Positions 1 through 10,379 are shown, counted from the first letter of the stretch. The stretch is 19,254 bases of DNA from an uncultured Dehalococcoidia bacterium (GCA_950072105.1 CATMOE010000065.1:1-19254), one strand, 5' to 3'. Numbers and translations are program-made. The notes: generated from the sequence alone by a model not told the origin.

Positions 1-1554
1 TATGTGTCGGGCGAATTTGAGTCAGAAACAATCAGCGGCAGGTGGTTCAGCGTCGTGGTCGGCTCTGACGCAAAGGCGTGGGTCACCGTGAAATTGCCTG
101 GGCCTACCGGGAAACTGAAAACGGAGGTCTGGAAAGACATCTCCTTGGCTTCAGACGTACTGGTTAAGGAATGCCCACACTCAGTAGCTGGCTACTACGG
201 CGATCGTCAGTTTTCATGTAGCTTCACAGCGGATGAACTAACCACCGGGTCTTTCCGCCATTACTACTTCAAGGTCTATTGGGACGGCGAGGCCATTTAC
301 GAACCAACAGACCGCGGAACCAGGGAAGCATTGACGACCAACGCTCTAGGGCCGACTGTGACACCTACCGGTACTCCAACTGTCACGCCCAGCCCGACGC
401 CTACTGTCGTTCCAATCGCCGTTCCACCTACCGCCATGCCGACGGCTGCTCCGGTCCCGACACCTACGCCCAGGCCCACGGCTACGCCACAACCAACCTT
501 GGCCCCGATCCCCACGCCAACGCCGGAGCCCGTTCCGTCAGCGATCGATAGCCGGTTGGTTAATCCCAGCGGTATCGCCGTCGACAGTGAAAACGGCTGG
601 CTTTACACGGCGGACGCGGTCAATCACCGGGTGCGGCGCTTCGACAGGGAAGGCCGGGTATTCAACACCTGGGGCGGTCCGGGAAGCGCCGAGGGTCTCT
701 TCCTTCAGCCGGGCAGCATTGCCCTGAACCTGGATTCCCGCTGGATCTACGTAGTTGATACGGGGAACAACCGGGTCCAAAGGTTCGACTATCAAGGCCG
801 CTTCCTCGACGTTTGGGGAGCGAACGGAATCGCCGACGGTCAGTTCCAGCAGCCCGGCCAGATCGTCTTCGAACCTCTGAACCAGTGGCTCTATGTTTTG
901 GACACTGGCAACAACCGGATACAACGATTCGACGCCCGAGGCAGGTTCCTGGGTAAATGGGGCCGCGAAGGCCAGGGGAACGGACAATTCCGGCGACCAG
1001 AAAGCCTTGCTTTGGGCCTGGGTTGGCTCTATGTGGTCGACGTGGATAACAACCGTATTCAGTGGTTCGACTACCGGGGCAGGTATTTGGGAAATAAAGG
1101 CGGCAAAGGTACAGCGGAAGGTCAATTCGACCGTCCCGCCGGTATCGCCGTAGATCAGACCAATGGTTGGATATACGTGGTGGATTCGGGGAATAACCGG
1201 GTACAACGCTTCGATTCCAGGCTTAGGTTCTTGAACGCTTGGGGCACTGAGGGCGGAGCCGAAGACCAGTTCCTAAATCCCACGGGAATCGCGTTGGACG
1301 AGTCTAACGGCTGGGTCTACGTAGTCGACGCCGGGAACAACCGAGTCCAGAAATTCGACTCTCGCGGCAACTTCTTGAAGGTATGGGGGACTTCGGACAT
1401 TGGAGACGGCCAGTTCCAAGCGCCTGGGGCGATCACGGTTGATGAGTCAGGGTCGGTGTACGTAGCCGATACGGGGTCTCACCGGGTCCAAAAGTTCGAC
1501 AGCCGGGGCGGCTACCTGGGACAGTCGTTCACCGGAATCGCGGACAATAGATAA
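1..1554 (+). CDS. NHL-repeat (beta-propeller) protein with Pro/Thr linker; probably 5'-partial
   Basis: Frame is open from base 1. P/T-rich linker at ~349-540, then seven ~48-aa units of the type F..P.GIA.D....W.YV.D.GNNR.Q.FD..G.FL..WG..G...GQ at ~556-1530. Confidence 0.9.
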   Translation, partial: YVSGEFESETISGRWFSVVVGSDAKAWVTVKLPGPTGKLKTEVWKDISLASDVLVKECPHSVAGYYGDRQFSCSFTADELTTGSFRHYYFKVYWDGEAIYEPTDRGTREALTTNALGPTVTPTGTPTVTPSPTPTVVPIAVPPTAMPTAAPVPTPTPRPTATPQPTLAPIPTPTPEPVPSAIDSRLVNPSGIAVDSENGWLYTADAVNHRVRRFDREGRVFNTWGGPGSAEGLFLQPGSIALNLDSRWIYVVDTGNNRVQRFDYQGRFLDVWGANGIADGQFQQPGQIVFEPLNQWLYVLDTGNNRIQRFDARGRFLGKWGREGQGNGQFRRPESLALGLGWLYVVDVDNNRIQWFDYRGRYLGNKGGKGTAEGQFDRPAGIAVDQTNGWIYVVDSGNNRVQRFDSRLRFLNAWGTEGGAEDQFLNPTGIALDESNGWVYVVDAGNNRVQKFDSRGNFLKVWGTSDIGDGQFQAPGAITVDESGSVYVADTGSHRVQKFDSRGGYLGQSFTGIADNR

Positions 1555-1766
1555 TCTCAGGATAGTGTCCGCGGTTCCCGGCGGCCACCCGGTGTTGTTA
1601 CGTGTAATTGGGACAGTCAGCCATCACAGTTGTACTTCCGCAGCGATCCTGTAAATCAACTATCGTCTAACCAGCAGGTTCTTGCGGAACGCGTCGCGTT
1701 GAATCCCAATGGAATAGCGTATGTAGGCACGCAGAATTCGCCGTGGGACCGCTTGCCGTACCGGAT

Positions 1767-2414
1767 TTAACGCTCTTGTCTCGGCCCCCGGCGTCCAATG
1801 AATTCCTGAGCCCCTTCCGGTATCAGGGTGATGGATGTGGCCTTGACGATTCCCTCTTCGTCCCTCTGGCCGGTCACCCGGATCTGAGCGCCCTGTTCCA
1901 GGTCTTCCAAGGAGCCGTCGACGATTTTTCGCACGGTGGTGTCGCCGCCGGTTGTTACCGTTACCGGTCCCCGGGGCGTTGTGACAGTCAATGTGTTTCC
2001 TTCAATGCTTTCGATAGCTCCGCCAACTCCCCGCCCGCCTCGCCGCCCGCCGCCGCCGGAGTCTTCTCCGGGTCCGCCGCGGAAACCGCCGTCAAAACCC
2101 TGCCGGTTGCCTTCACCCTGACGAGACCCACGGGACTCCGGTCCGCTTTGACCAATTCTCTGATCCCCTCCTGAGCCGGCGCCTTGGCCGCCTCGTTCGA
2201 AGCCGCCGCCGGACCTGGCGCCTTGTCCCCTGCCTTGGGGCCGGTCACCGCCGGACCGCTCTCCCGGCCCCTGGGAGAAGCTTCCGGCAGCTTGAGCTTC
2301 GCTGGGGGTCTCTCCCTGGGTCTTGCCCAGTGCCACGCCGCTGGCGAAAGCTCCGCCTAGCGAACCTCCCAGTATCAGGGCCACCATTAGAAACAATGAA
2401 AATGCCTTGTTCAT
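1767..2414 (-). CDS. Exported Gly/Arg-rich protein with a C-terminal DUF5666-like (OB-fold-like) domain
   Basis: N-terminal hydrophobic segment and G/R/Q low-complexity middle, then GAIESIEGNTLTVTT..G.VTV...T......GSLEDL..GAQIRVTG......VKATSI. GAGGAG RBS upstream; last gene of the ABC cluster. Confidence 0.75.
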   Translation of the reverse strand: MNKAFSLFLMVALILGGSLGGAFASGVALGKTQGETPSEAQAAGSFSQGPGERSGGDRPQGRGQGARSGGGFERGGQGAGSGGDQRIGQSGPESRGSRQGEGNRQGFDGGFRGGPGEDSGGGGRRGGRGVGGAIESIEGNTLTVTTPRGPVTVTTGGDTTVRKIVDGSLEDLEQGAQIRVTGQRDEEGIVKATSITLIPEGAQEFIGRRGPRQER

Positions 2415-2442
2415 ACCCTATCTCCTCGTCCGGCCCAAGTGG

Positions 2443-3690
2443 TTACTCGTAACGTAATGCCTCGATGGGGTGCAGCCGGGCGGCCCGCATCGCTGGATAG
2501 ATACCAAAGAAGAGGCCGATGGCCGCTGATACGACTAGGGCCAATACTGCGACTTCCGGACTGAATACGGTTTGGGTGGGCGTACCTAACAGGCTACGTC
2601 CGTTTAGCAATATCGAGAGCACTAGACCCAACAACACTCCTGCCGCGCCACCGCCCAAGCTGAGCAGCGTCGCCTCGGATACGAATTGGAGCAGGATATC
2701 CCGGCGCTTGGCCCCCATGGCCTTGCGGATGCCGATCTCCCGGGTCCGCTCGGTCACCGACACCAGCATAATGTTCATGATGCCGATGCCGCCCACCAAC
2801 AACGATATCCCGGCGATCGCGCCCAGGAACACGACGAAGGTGTTAGTGGTTTCCTGCAACGTCTCGATGGTCTCCTGTTGGCTGGTGATGGAGAAGTCGT
2901 CTTCCCGGGTGATCCGGTGGCGCAGACGCAGCACCGTGGCCACTTCTCTGATGGCTTTATCCACGTCGTCCACGTCGTGTAGCTGGACATTGATGGTCTG
3001 GACGTTGATTCCCCCTTGGGCGGTGCGTTGGGACGAGAGGCGATAGTAGGCCGTGGTGATGGGCACAAGGGCTTGATCATCCAAAGAGAAGAATCGGTTG
3101 CCCCCTCCCTTACTTTCCAGGACGCCGATCACTTCGAATTGGCGGGAATTTATTCGCACGTTTTGTCCAACGGGATTCCGGAAGCCGAACAATGTCTCGG
3201 CCACCTCTGAGCCTAGGACCACCACTTGGGAGTTTTCGTTCACGTGTCCAGGGGCAATGAACTGTCCTGAGCTGAGGTCGAAGTTTCGGGCCGACAGGTA
3301 TTCCGGCGTAACTCCATATATCCGTGTGTTGGTGTTGTTTCTTCCGGCCACCACTTGGGCTGACGTGCTTATCTCTGGGGCCACCGCCGCCACTGAAGGT
3401 GTGAACACGTCGTCCTTTAATGCAAAGGCGTCAGCCATGGTCAAAGTTGTCGCGGAGCCTTGGCCGCGGGAGAATCCCCCTTGGTTGGCGTCGCCGGGCC
3501 TCACGAACAGCAGGTTGGTTCCCAGCGACTCGATTCTCTGGGTTATGGATTGCTGGACCCCCTTTCCGATGGACATGAGGGTTATGACAGCGGCGACCCC
3601 GATCACCACGCCCAACAGCGTTAAGCCGGCGCGCATCTTGTTGGCCCCCAAAGAAGAAAGGGCGGTGAACAGTATGGTCTGGACGTTCAT
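2443..3690 (-). CDS. ABC transporter permease, MacB/FtsX (YknZ-like) family
   Basis: N-terminal NKMRAGLTLLGVVIGVAAVI, large extracytoplasmic domain, GGIGIMNIMLVSVTERTREIGIRKAMGA motif, C-terminal PAMRAARLHPIEALRYE. Confidence 0.95.
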   Translation of the reverse strand: MNVQTILFTALSSLGANKMRAGLTLLGVVIGVAAVITLMSIGKGVQQSITQRIESLGTNLLFVRPGDANQGGFSRGQGSATTLTMADAFALKDDVFTPSVAAVAPEISTSAQVVAGRNNTNTRIYGVTPEYLSARNFDLSSGQFIAPGHVNENSQVVVLGSEVAETLFGFRNPVGQNVRINSRQFEVIGVLESKGGGNRFFSLDDQALVPITTAYYRLSSQRTAQGGINVQTINVQLHDVDDVDKAIREVATVLRLRHRITREDDFSITSQQETIETLQETTNTFVVFLGAIAGISLLVGGIGIMNIMLVSVTERTREIGIRKAMGAKRRDILLQFVSEATLLSLGGGAAGVLLGLVLSILLNGRSLLGTPTQTVFSPEVAVLALVVSAAIGLFFGIYPAMRAARLHPIEALRYE

Positions 3691-3701
3691 GTAACCGCTT
3701 C

Positions 3702-4406
3702 CTATCCGATCCCGGCCAGGGCCATGCGTTGGTTTTTCACCGGCTCGTCGCTGACCACAACGCCGTCCCTGGTGGTGATGATTCTCTGGGTGGAGGCGCC
3801 GATGTCCGGCTCGTGGGTTACCACCACCACGGTGAGACCCTGCTCTCGGTTCAAGTTTTGCAATATGGCAACGATCTCTTCGCTAGAGCGGCTGTCCAGA
3901 TTGCCGGTGGGCTCGTCGGCCAGAACCAGCGAGGGATTTTTCACCAGAGCCCGGGCGATACCCACCCGCTGTTGCTGACCGCCGGAAAGCTCAGTTGGCC
4001 GGTGGTGCACCCTGTCGCCAAGGCCAACCTTTTCCAGCGCTTCCATGGCCCGGCGCCGCCGGTCGCGGCCATTGCCGTAAAGCAGAGGCAGTTCCACGTT
4101 GGCCAAGGCCGTCAAGCGAGGCAGCAGATTGTAAGTCTGAAAGATAAACCCAATCTTACGATTGCGAATCTCCGCCAGCCGGTCGTCACTCAACCGCCCC
4201 ACGTCCTCCCCTTCAAAGGTGTACCGTCCGGAATCCGGAACATCCAAGCAGCCGATAAGATTCATGAGGGTTGATTTGCCCGAACCGGACGGCCCCATGA
4301 TGGCCACCATTTCGCCCTGTCCAACGGTGAGTGACACTCCTCGTAAAGCGGGGACTTCCACTTTACCCATGCGGTAGATCTTGGTAACGTTCTCCAGTTC
4401 AATCAT
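3702..4406 (-). CDS. ABC transporter ATP-binding protein, MacB/LolD family
   Basis: Walker [10 protein letters not shown], signature LSGGQQQRV, Walker [14 protein letters not shown]-loop VVVTHE. Confidence 0.97.
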   Translation of the reverse strand: MIELENVTKIYRMGKVEVPALRGVSLTVGQGEMVAIMGPSGSGKSTLMNLIGCLDVPDSGRYTFEGEDVGRLSDDRLAEIRNRKIGFIFQTYNLLPRLTALANVELPLLYGNGRDRRRRAMEALEKVGLGDRVHHRPTELSGGQQQRVGIARALVKNPSLVLADEPTGNLDSRSSEEIVAILQNLNREQGLTVVVVTHEPDIGASTQRIITTRDGVVVSDEPVKNQRMALAGIG

Positions 4407-4432
4407 GCTCTGCCACCCGTCTCCCGCCCCGG

Positions 4433-7318
4433 CTAACGGCGGCCTCCTCTCGACCCGCCACCGCCCCTCCCGGATGATCCCGTGACCCGGCGGAACTGGC
4501 GGAAACTGAACTGGCTGGTGCTGACATCGTCGGCTACCATGGCCACTTGGTCACCGTCTTTCAGGCCCGTGCGGACCGACACCCAAAATTCATCGGATTC
4601 TCCAAGCTCCACAGCCCTTTCTTCGATCACTCCTTCGCCGTTGACTACCCTGACCACCGGCTTGTCAAAGCTACCGTAAAGGGCCTGCTGGGGAACTAAC
4701 AGCACGTTTCTTTCTTCACGTAAAACGATGCTGGCGACGGCGGTGAGCCCTTCCCGGAGCGTCACATCTTGAGGAACCTGCACCTGGATCCGGATCGGGT
4801 AGGTCACCACGCCTTGTTGGTTGCTTGCGCCAGGGGAGATCTCCGTGACGATTCCTTCCAGAGTTGCACCTCGGAGGGCGTCCACCGTGACTTTTGCCCG
4901 GATACCCAGCTGGATCGACAACACGTCAATCTCGTCAACTATCCCATCGACTTCGATAACCGAAGGGTCAACCACATCAAGGATAGCGGTGTTCGCTTGT
5001 ACCGTGTCGCCGTCCTCGACGCTGATCTGGGATACGAATCCGTCAAGTGGCGCCTTGATCGAAGAATCATCTACCAATTGACGGGCATCTTTCAGAGCAA
5101 GTTGGGCGGAAAGGAATTCGGCCTCCGCCACGGCGACCTGGAATGGGTCCGGCCCGGCCTCCAATTCGGCCAGCGCCTCTTCGGCGTCTGCTAAGGTTGC
5201 CTGGGCCAGAGTTACTTGATCTGACTTTAACGCCACGGCCAACGCGTCGGCGCCGGCCAACAGTTCGGCCAAGTCCTCTTCGGCCTGGGTCAGAGTTGCG
5301 GTAAGGCGGGCCACGTCAGCTTCTTTGGACGCGGTCTCCAGGGGTTCAGGGCCATCCATAAGTAAAACCAGGTCCTGCTGGGCATCGGCTCGGTTGGCTT
5401 GGGCCAAGGAAAGCTTGGCCTCCCTCAGGGCCAATTCTGATGGGTCAGCGCCGGCGGTGATAGCCGTCAAAACCTCCTCTGCGGTGGCCACGCTGATTAG
5501 CGCATTGGCCACTGCGGATTCCGCGGAGGTTAACTCCGGCTTACTTACTCCGGAAGACTTGCCGGCGGCCAGAACGTCTTTCGCCTTTTCTAGTTCGTCC
5601 GCGGATGCTGCAGCCTCGGCAACTTGCATCGCCACGGCTTGGGGGCTATCCTGGCCCTCCACATCCGCCAGGGCGTCTTTTGCCTCGGCCAGATCGGCCT
5701 GAGCCACCGCCAGATCGGATTGGAGTTGCTGGCGAAGTAGCGAGTCCGGACCTAGTTCCAGGCCGGATTGGACTTGCTGTGTCTTGGCCAGGTTGGCTTC
5801 GGCCAGTTCAACCGCAGCCTCTAGATCCCGGCGTTGTAACGGGTCAGGTCCCTGCTCCAACCGGGTTAGCTCTTGTTCTGTGTCCGTCAGAGTGGTTCGA
5901 GCTACCTCGACCGCTGACTCTAATTGACGGCGTCTGATAGGATCAGGACCGAGTTCCAGTCTGGCTAGGTCCTGTTGGGTTTGTTCTAGCTTGGCTACGT
6001 TCAGCTCGACCGAAGCTACAAGCCGGTCGGCGGCGGCGAGAGACTCTAGGGTATCGGCCAGATCCTCTTGGAGAAACTGCTTTGACTGCTGGAGGGTGAT
6101 GATGCGGAGGTCCAGGCCGGTTAAGCCCGCATTGGAAGAGTTGATGGCACTGTCAATACTGGCGTTTATCTTAGCGAGCTGTGCATTGAGGTCTATTCTC
6201 TTGGCGCGGTCCTGTTCCAGCCAGCGGGTGTTCGCATTCTCGTAGGCTTCGAGGGCGTCTCGCGCCGCCTTTAGTTCTGATTGGGCAACAGGCTCATCCA
6301 GACGAGCCTGGCCTAGTTGGGTATTGTAGTCCCTATGGAAGTCGACCAAAGCCTGCTCCGCTTGGTCCAAGGCCGTGGCGGCCAACGCCGCCTCCTCCCC
6401 GGCTTCGGCTAATTCCAGGTCGTAGTCAGGTGAGTATGCGGCCAAGCCCCGTTGTGCCAAGTCCAACGCCACTTGAGCGTCGGCTTGATCCTGCCGTGCT
6501 TGGGCAAGGTCATCGGTATGAATCCGGGGCAGATCGTCCAGGGACTCCCTGGCGGTATCCAGGGCCAATTCAGCGCTGGCTTGGACCTGCTGGGCAAGAG
6601 CAACTTGTTGGGTATAGTCACGGGCGAAGTCGGACAACTCTTGCCGGCTAACGTCGAAGGTCAGGTCAGCGTTAGTTTTGACTTCTCGCGCCTGGGCCAG
6701 TTGAACCGCATGGTCCCGAGCCAGGCCGGCCAGTGCGCGCTCAGCCGATTGCAGGTCTAGTCGTGTATCGGCTACCAACTGACGTTGGGTTTCTATCTCC
6801 TGCGCCGTATAAGGCTCTCTGGCATCCTCCAGCGCATCGATAGCCTCTTTCGATTGAAACCTGGCGCTGGCTACTGCTTCTTTTTTCTGTGCTAGCTCAA
6901 GAGGATCTATTGCTCTGGTTTCTTCCAAAATCTCTGTGGAATCGTTCAGGTCCAATTCCCTTTGAGCAACCTGCTGCGCCAAGGGTGCCACGGACGTGGC
7001 GTCTAGTTTGGCTAATACCTGGCCGGCGGTTACCGGTGAGCCTTCTTCCACTAATATCTCCATCACCGTTCCAGGTGAACCGAAGGACAGCGTTTCCCGA
7101 TTAGGGAATACGAGGCTCCCGTTGGTGGTGATTTCATTGATCAAGTCGCCGTATTTCACCGGGATTAGCTGCTGGTTTTCTTCCAGGTCCACCAGATCTG
7201 GGGAAGTGCCGCGCACATATCCCCCGTAGGTTGCGCCGGCGGCTCCGAAAAGCACCACCGTCAGAACAGCTATTTGCCATAAAGTTAAAGACTTGAAGGC
7301 GTTCCAGATTGATACCAT
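4433..7318 (-). CDS. Membrane-fusion protein (MacA/HlyD/YknX-like adaptor) with a ~645-aa helical insert
   Basis: N-terminal TM segment. Split lipoyl-like halves ([44 protein letters not shown]), beta-barrel ([17 protein letters not shown]), membrane-proximal domain ([18 protein letters not shown]). Lies directly upstream of the ATPase and permease. Confidence 0.9.
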   Translation of the reverse strand: MVSIWNAFKSLTLWQIAVLTVVLFGAAGATYGGYVRGTSPDLVDLEENQQLIPVKYGDLINEITTNGSLVFPNRETLSFGSPGTVMEILVEEGSPVTAGQVLAKLDATSVAPLAQQVAQRELDLNDSTEILEETRAIDPLELAQKKEAVASARFQSKEAIDALEDAREPYTAQEIETQRQLVADTRLDLQSAERALAGLARDHAVQLAQAREVKTNADLTFDVSRQELSDFARDYTQQVALAQQVQASAELALDTARESLDDLPRIHTDDLAQARQDQADAQVALDLAQRGLAAYSPDYDLELAEAGEEAALAATALDQAEQALVDFHRDYNTQLGQARLDEPVAQSELKAARDALEAYENANTRWLEQDRAKRIDLNAQLAKINASIDSAINSSNAGLTGLDLRIITLQQSKQFLQEDLADTLESLAAADRLVASVELNVAKLEQTQQDLARLELGPDPIRRRQLESAVEVARTTLTDTEQELTRLEQGPDPLQRRDLEAAVELAEANLAKTQQVQSGLELGPDSLLRQQLQSDLAVAQADLAEAKDALADVEGQDSPQAVAMQVAEAAASADELEKAKDVLAAGKSSGVSKPELTSAESAVANALISVATAEEVLTAITAGADPSELALREAKLSLAQANRADAQQDLVLLMDGPEPLETASKEADVARLTATLTQAEEDLAELLAGADALAVALKSDQVTLAQATLADAEEALAELEAGPDPFQVAVAEAEFLSAQLALKDARQLVDDSSIKAPLDGFVSQISVEDGDTVQANTAILDVVDPSVIEVDGIVDEIDVLSIQLGIRAKVTVDALRGATLEGIVTEISPGASNQQGVVTYPIRIQVQVPQDVTLREGLTAVASIVLREERNVLLVPQQALYGSFDKPVVRVVNGEGVIEERAVELGESDEFWVSVRTGLKDGDQVAMVADDVSTSQFSFRQFRRVTGSSGRGGGGSRGGRR
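5063..6718 (-). repeat. Intragenic helical repeats in the MFP: five 32-aa units, then nine ~33-aa units
   Basis: RDH/RDY/RIH/PDY/RDY at residues 201, 233, 265, 297, 329. GPD/GAD/GPE-type breaks at 457, 490, 523, (555), (590), 623, 656, 689, 722. Confidence 0.85.
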
Positions 7319-7383
7319 GCCTATCTTCCTCTCACCGCTGGGTTTCGCCGATGCTAAGTAGCCTCAGTATACTCGTTATGTCT

Positions 7384-7428
7384 CGCCGATTCCCGGTCCG
7401 TAGGCTTACGGTTAGCGGAGAATCGGCG
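7384..7428. other. Intergenic stem-loop between the kinase and MFP genes
   Basis: CGCCGATTC (7384-7392) pairs with GAATCGGCG (7420-7428); inner stem CCGTA/TACGG (7398-7411); no U-tract. Confidence 0.55.
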
Positions 7429-7499
7429 TGCTCAAAGTCCAGATATACATAGGTCATCAAGATTCCGGTCATCGATTCACGGAATCCCGGTTGTCACTT

Positions 7500-8867
7500 T
7501 CACAACCCCACATCGCCCAAGGGGAGTTCGAATACGAACCGGCTGCCTTGCCCCAAGTCGCTTTCGGCGTGTATGGTCCCACCGTGCGCCTCGACCAGTT
7601 GCTTTGCGATGGTTAGACCGAGCCCGGCGCCACCGGTGGACCGGGCGCGTGACGGGTCTACCCGATGAAATCGCTCAAATATATTTGGCAACTCTTGGGT
7701 AGGTATCCCTTCTCCTGAGTCTGATACGGTGACAGTCGCTTTAGCGATGGCTGCTTCGCCCAACCGGACCTCTACCCGGCCGCCACTGGGGGTGTGCCGA
7801 ATAGCGTTCTCCAACAGATTGGCTACCACCTGAGCGATGCGGGTCCGGTCCATGGTTACCAGAGGAAAATCGGCCGGTGTGTAGATGGATAGTTCTACCC
7901 CTTCTGCTTCGGCCCTTGCCCGAAATGCCTCAACCGAACGTCGCAGCACCTCTGGCAAGGAATCAGGCTCAATATTTAAGCCAAGGCTCCCTCCCTCAAC
8001 TTGGGCCAGCAGCCGCAGGTCCTCCACCAGTTGGGACAGGTGAACGGCCTGCTGATAAATCGTGTCTATGGTTTCCTCGTTGGGCTCTAGAAGTCCGTCC
8101 TTGACCGCCTCCAGATATCCTTGAATGTTTGATAGGGGAGTACGTAGCTCGTGGGCCACGTCGGCGACCAGGTTCCGCCGCTGTTCCTCCGCATTCTGCA
8201 AACTACCCGCCATTGCGTTGAAAGACCCGGCCAGGTCCACGAGTTCGGTGGGGCCGGTAGCCGGTACCCGCTGGGTTAGGTCGCCGCCACCCAATCTCCT
8301 GGCCGCGTGACCCAGGGCCTGCATTGGAGAGAGCAATCGCCGGGACACCAGTGAAACCATCAGGACACCGACTACACCCGACGCCAGACCGGCCCACAAG
8401 AGGTAGCGGTTGACGGCGGATGCCAGACGCGAGATCGGCGGCTCCGGGATGGCCCCGGGCGCGTTCTTCGAGTCCAACGCAAAGAAACCGACTTCTTGGT
8501 CGCCGACCACGATGGGCGACGATATGATTGTTTTGTCATGGCGCCGCCATGGGACCCCGAATCCCTTATGGGAATCTCCCACGATATCGCCATGTTGGTT
8601 CGTGACCACGATGCGACGGCCCGAGACGCGGCCTGCCTGCTCTAAGGCTGGCTGGATCTGCTCCCATTGGAATTCCACGGAGTAGTTCCGGGAAACCAAT
8701 CTTTCGATTCGGGCCCGGCGGATCTCGTTGCGCCTGGTCTGCATAGACTCCGCTTCCCGCTCGGCGGCTTGTCCTACGTAGTAGCTTACGCTGCCCAGGG
8801 CCAAAGCCAGGATGGCGGCAAATCCGATGATCAAGCGAAGTTGCAGGCTGTATAGGACCTTACGCAT
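7500..8867 (-). CDS. HAMP-domain sensor histidine kinase, BaeS-like
   Basis: Two TM segments, HAMP domain, H-box [12 protein letters not shown]-box [10 protein letters not shown]1 DSGEGI, F-box IFERF, G2 GGAGLGLTI. Overlaps the regulator's 3' end by 8 nt. Confidence 0.95.
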   Translation of the reverse strand: MRKVLYSLQLRLIIGFAAILALALGSVSYYVGQAAEREAESMQTRRNEIRRARIERLVSRNYSVEFQWEQIQPALEQAGRVSGRRIVVTNQHGDIVGDSHKGFGVPWRRHDKTIISSPIVVGDQEVGFFALDSKNAPGAIPEPPISRLASAVNRYLLWAGLASGVVGVLMVSLVSRRLLSPMQALGHAARRLGGGDLTQRVPATGPTELVDLAGSFNAMAGSLQNAEEQRRNLVADVAHELRTPLSNIQGYLEAVKDGLLEPNEETIDTIYQQAVHLSQLVEDLRLLAQVEGGSLGLNIEPDSLPEVLRRSVEAFRARAEAEGVELSIYTPADFPLVTMDRTRIAQVVANLLENAIRHTPSGGRVEVRLGEAAIAKATVTVSDSGEGIPTQELPNIFERFHRVDPSRARSTGGAGLGLTIAKQLVEAHGGTIHAESDLGQGSRFVFELPLGDVGL

Positions 8868-9549
8868 CGCCGAGCCTGTAGCCTACTCCATAGATGGTGT
8901 GAATGTACCTTTTGTCCCCGGCAGCCGCTTCAAGTTTACGGCGTAAGCTATAGACGTGAGAGTCCACAGACCTATCGAATCCTTCAAAATCGTAGCCAAA
9001 GACCCGATCGATGATCTGGTCCCTGGTAAAAGTCCTGCCCGGCTCTCGCATAAGCAAGGCCAGCAAGCGGATCTCAGTAGGCGTGAGGTGGATCTGGGTT
9101 TCGCCTACATGTACTGCACGCTGCCGCATGTCCATGGAGATTGAATCGTAGGCCAAACTGGAAGCGCCTGCTTCCAACCCGTCGCGAGCGGATCTGCGAA
9201 GGACGGCCCGGATACGGGCGGCCAGCTCCCGGGGGCTAAATGGTTTGGTAACGTAGTCGTCGGCCCCTAGATCTAGGCCGGCCAGACGGTCCTCTTCATC
9301 CGCCCGGGCCGTCAGCATTACTATGGGAACGTCCGACTCCTGGCGAAGGGTTCGGCATATCTCCAAGCCATCCATTCCGGGAAGCATCAGGTCCAAGACA
9401 ATAAGGTCGGGCTGGGCTTCTCTGGCCAAGCTCAGCCCGGCGATGCCGTCCGTCGCGGACAAAACGGTATGTCCGTCCCGGCGCAGGTAGAGTTGGACGA
9501 CCTCCACCGTGTGGGGGTCGTCCTCCAAAATTAAAACCGTAGTTGCCAC
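8860..9549 (-). CDS. Response regulator, OmpR/PhoB family (BaeR-like)
   Basis: Receiver domain ([28 protein letters not shown]) plus winged helix ([26 protein letters not shown]). AGGAG precedes the GTG start. Confidence 0.96.
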   Translation of the reverse strand: MATTVLILEDDPHTVEVVQLYLRRDGHTVLSATDGIAGLSLAREAQPDLIVLDLMLPGMDGLEICRTLRQESDVPIVMLTARADEEDRLAGLDLGADDYVTKPFSPRELAARIRAVLRRSARDGLEAGASSLAYDSISMDMRQRAVHVGETQIHLTPTEIRLLALLMREPGRTFTRDQIIDRVFGYDFEGFDRSVDSHVYSLRRKLEAAAGDKRYIHTIYGVGYRLGDA

Positions 9550-9627
9550 CTATTTACTCCTGGCCGGAATCCCCGGCCGGATTCTGCCCCTACATCATTT
9601 TAGGAAAAGTCTACCCTTCCGGTCCCG

Positions 9628-10179
9628 TTATTGGGAAGCTGGATCAGTTTCCGATGACGGCTCGATGGGGGCTACTTCTTGCTGAAGGGACTTTTGACCA
9701 TCGTGATTATGCCAACCGGAGCTGCTGAAGTCCGGGCCGGCCCACCGGCCGCCACGCCGGTGCATTCTCATTCCAAAGCGTTTGCCCTCGAAAGACTGGA
9801 CGTGGCCGAAGCCGGGCCGCTGGCGGCCTTTTTTCCGGAAACTGCCCGCCACGGAGTCGGGGCGTGACTGGAACCAAATGAACTGCTCCTCTGCTTCCTC
9901 GGAAGTTATCCGCCCGTTTTCCACTTGCCGGTCGAGCTTGTCTCTGTAGGCCTCAGTTTTCTGATCCTTGCGGGCCTGCTGGAAAGCATCTTCGACTGTT
10001 GCTTCATCCAGGCCCAGAACGGCGGCTACCCGGCCCAGGATTGTCTTGGGAGCCGAATTCTCTGCCTCGGCGGTATTCTCTCCCTCTCCGGTATCTTGGG
10101 CCGCCACGACGCCGACGGTGATGGCTCCCATCAACAGAGCGGCTGCGGTGAATATGCCTATCCAATATTTCTTCAACAC
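9628..10179 (-). CDS. Exported helical hypothetical protein (~183 aa; YckD/DUF2680-like motif)
   Basis: AGGAGG at 10185-10190 precedes GTG (10179) or TTG (10176), giving signal peptide KKYWIGIFTAAALLMGAITVGVVAA. Helical core VAAVLGLDEATVEDAFQQA...VENGRITSEEAE; G/R/F-rich tail. Confidence 0.8.
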   Translation of the reverse strand: MLKKYWIGIFTAAALLMGAITVGVVAAQDTGEGENTAEAENSAPKTILGRVAAVLGLDEATVEDAFQQARKDQKTEAYRDKLDRQVENGRITSEEAEEQFIWFQSRPDSVAGSFRKKGRQRPGFGHVQSFEGKRFGMRMHRRGGRWAGPDFSSSGWHNHDGQKSLQQEVAPIEPSSETDPASQ

Positions 10180-10251
10180 CGGTTCCTCCTTTCTAGTTAG
10201 ATATTTCCTGTTTACCCGTTCTTCAAGCGCTAAACGACGGATCCAATGTAG

Positions 10252-10287
10252 ATTGTAACGCCCAATCTTGAAGAAAGTTTCAAGGAA
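10252..10287 (-). promoter_or_regulatory. Putative -10 element plus OmpR-family tandem site
   Basis: Minus strand reads TTCCTTGAAACTTTCTTCAAGATTGGGCGT-TACAAT. Half-sites CCTTGA and TCTTCA are 11 nt apart over the -35 region; TACAAT at 10252-10257. Confidence 0.45.
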
Positions 10288-10350
10288 ATCGGGGTAATGG
10301 GCAAAGGGCCGGAATCGCCCGATGAAGAAAGGTAGTGCTGTTGGGGGCAA

Positions 10351-10379
10351 TACAAAACGCCGCCTGAAAAGGCGGCGTT
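10351..10379 (-). terminator. Intrinsic terminator downstream of the ytxH-like gene
   Basis: AACGCCGCCT-4-nt loop-AGGCGGCGTT; the minus strand runs into TTTTGTA. Confidence 0.8.

Noticed and set aside
1688..1700. Palindrome AACGCG-T-CGCGTT between convergent genes
   Set aside because: Short, no U-tract and not in a promoter position, so plausible by chance.
10180..10350. N-terminal extension of the 240-aa ORF call
   Set aside because: A strong RBS and signal peptide place the start at 10179 or 10176; the extension runs through the promoter region.
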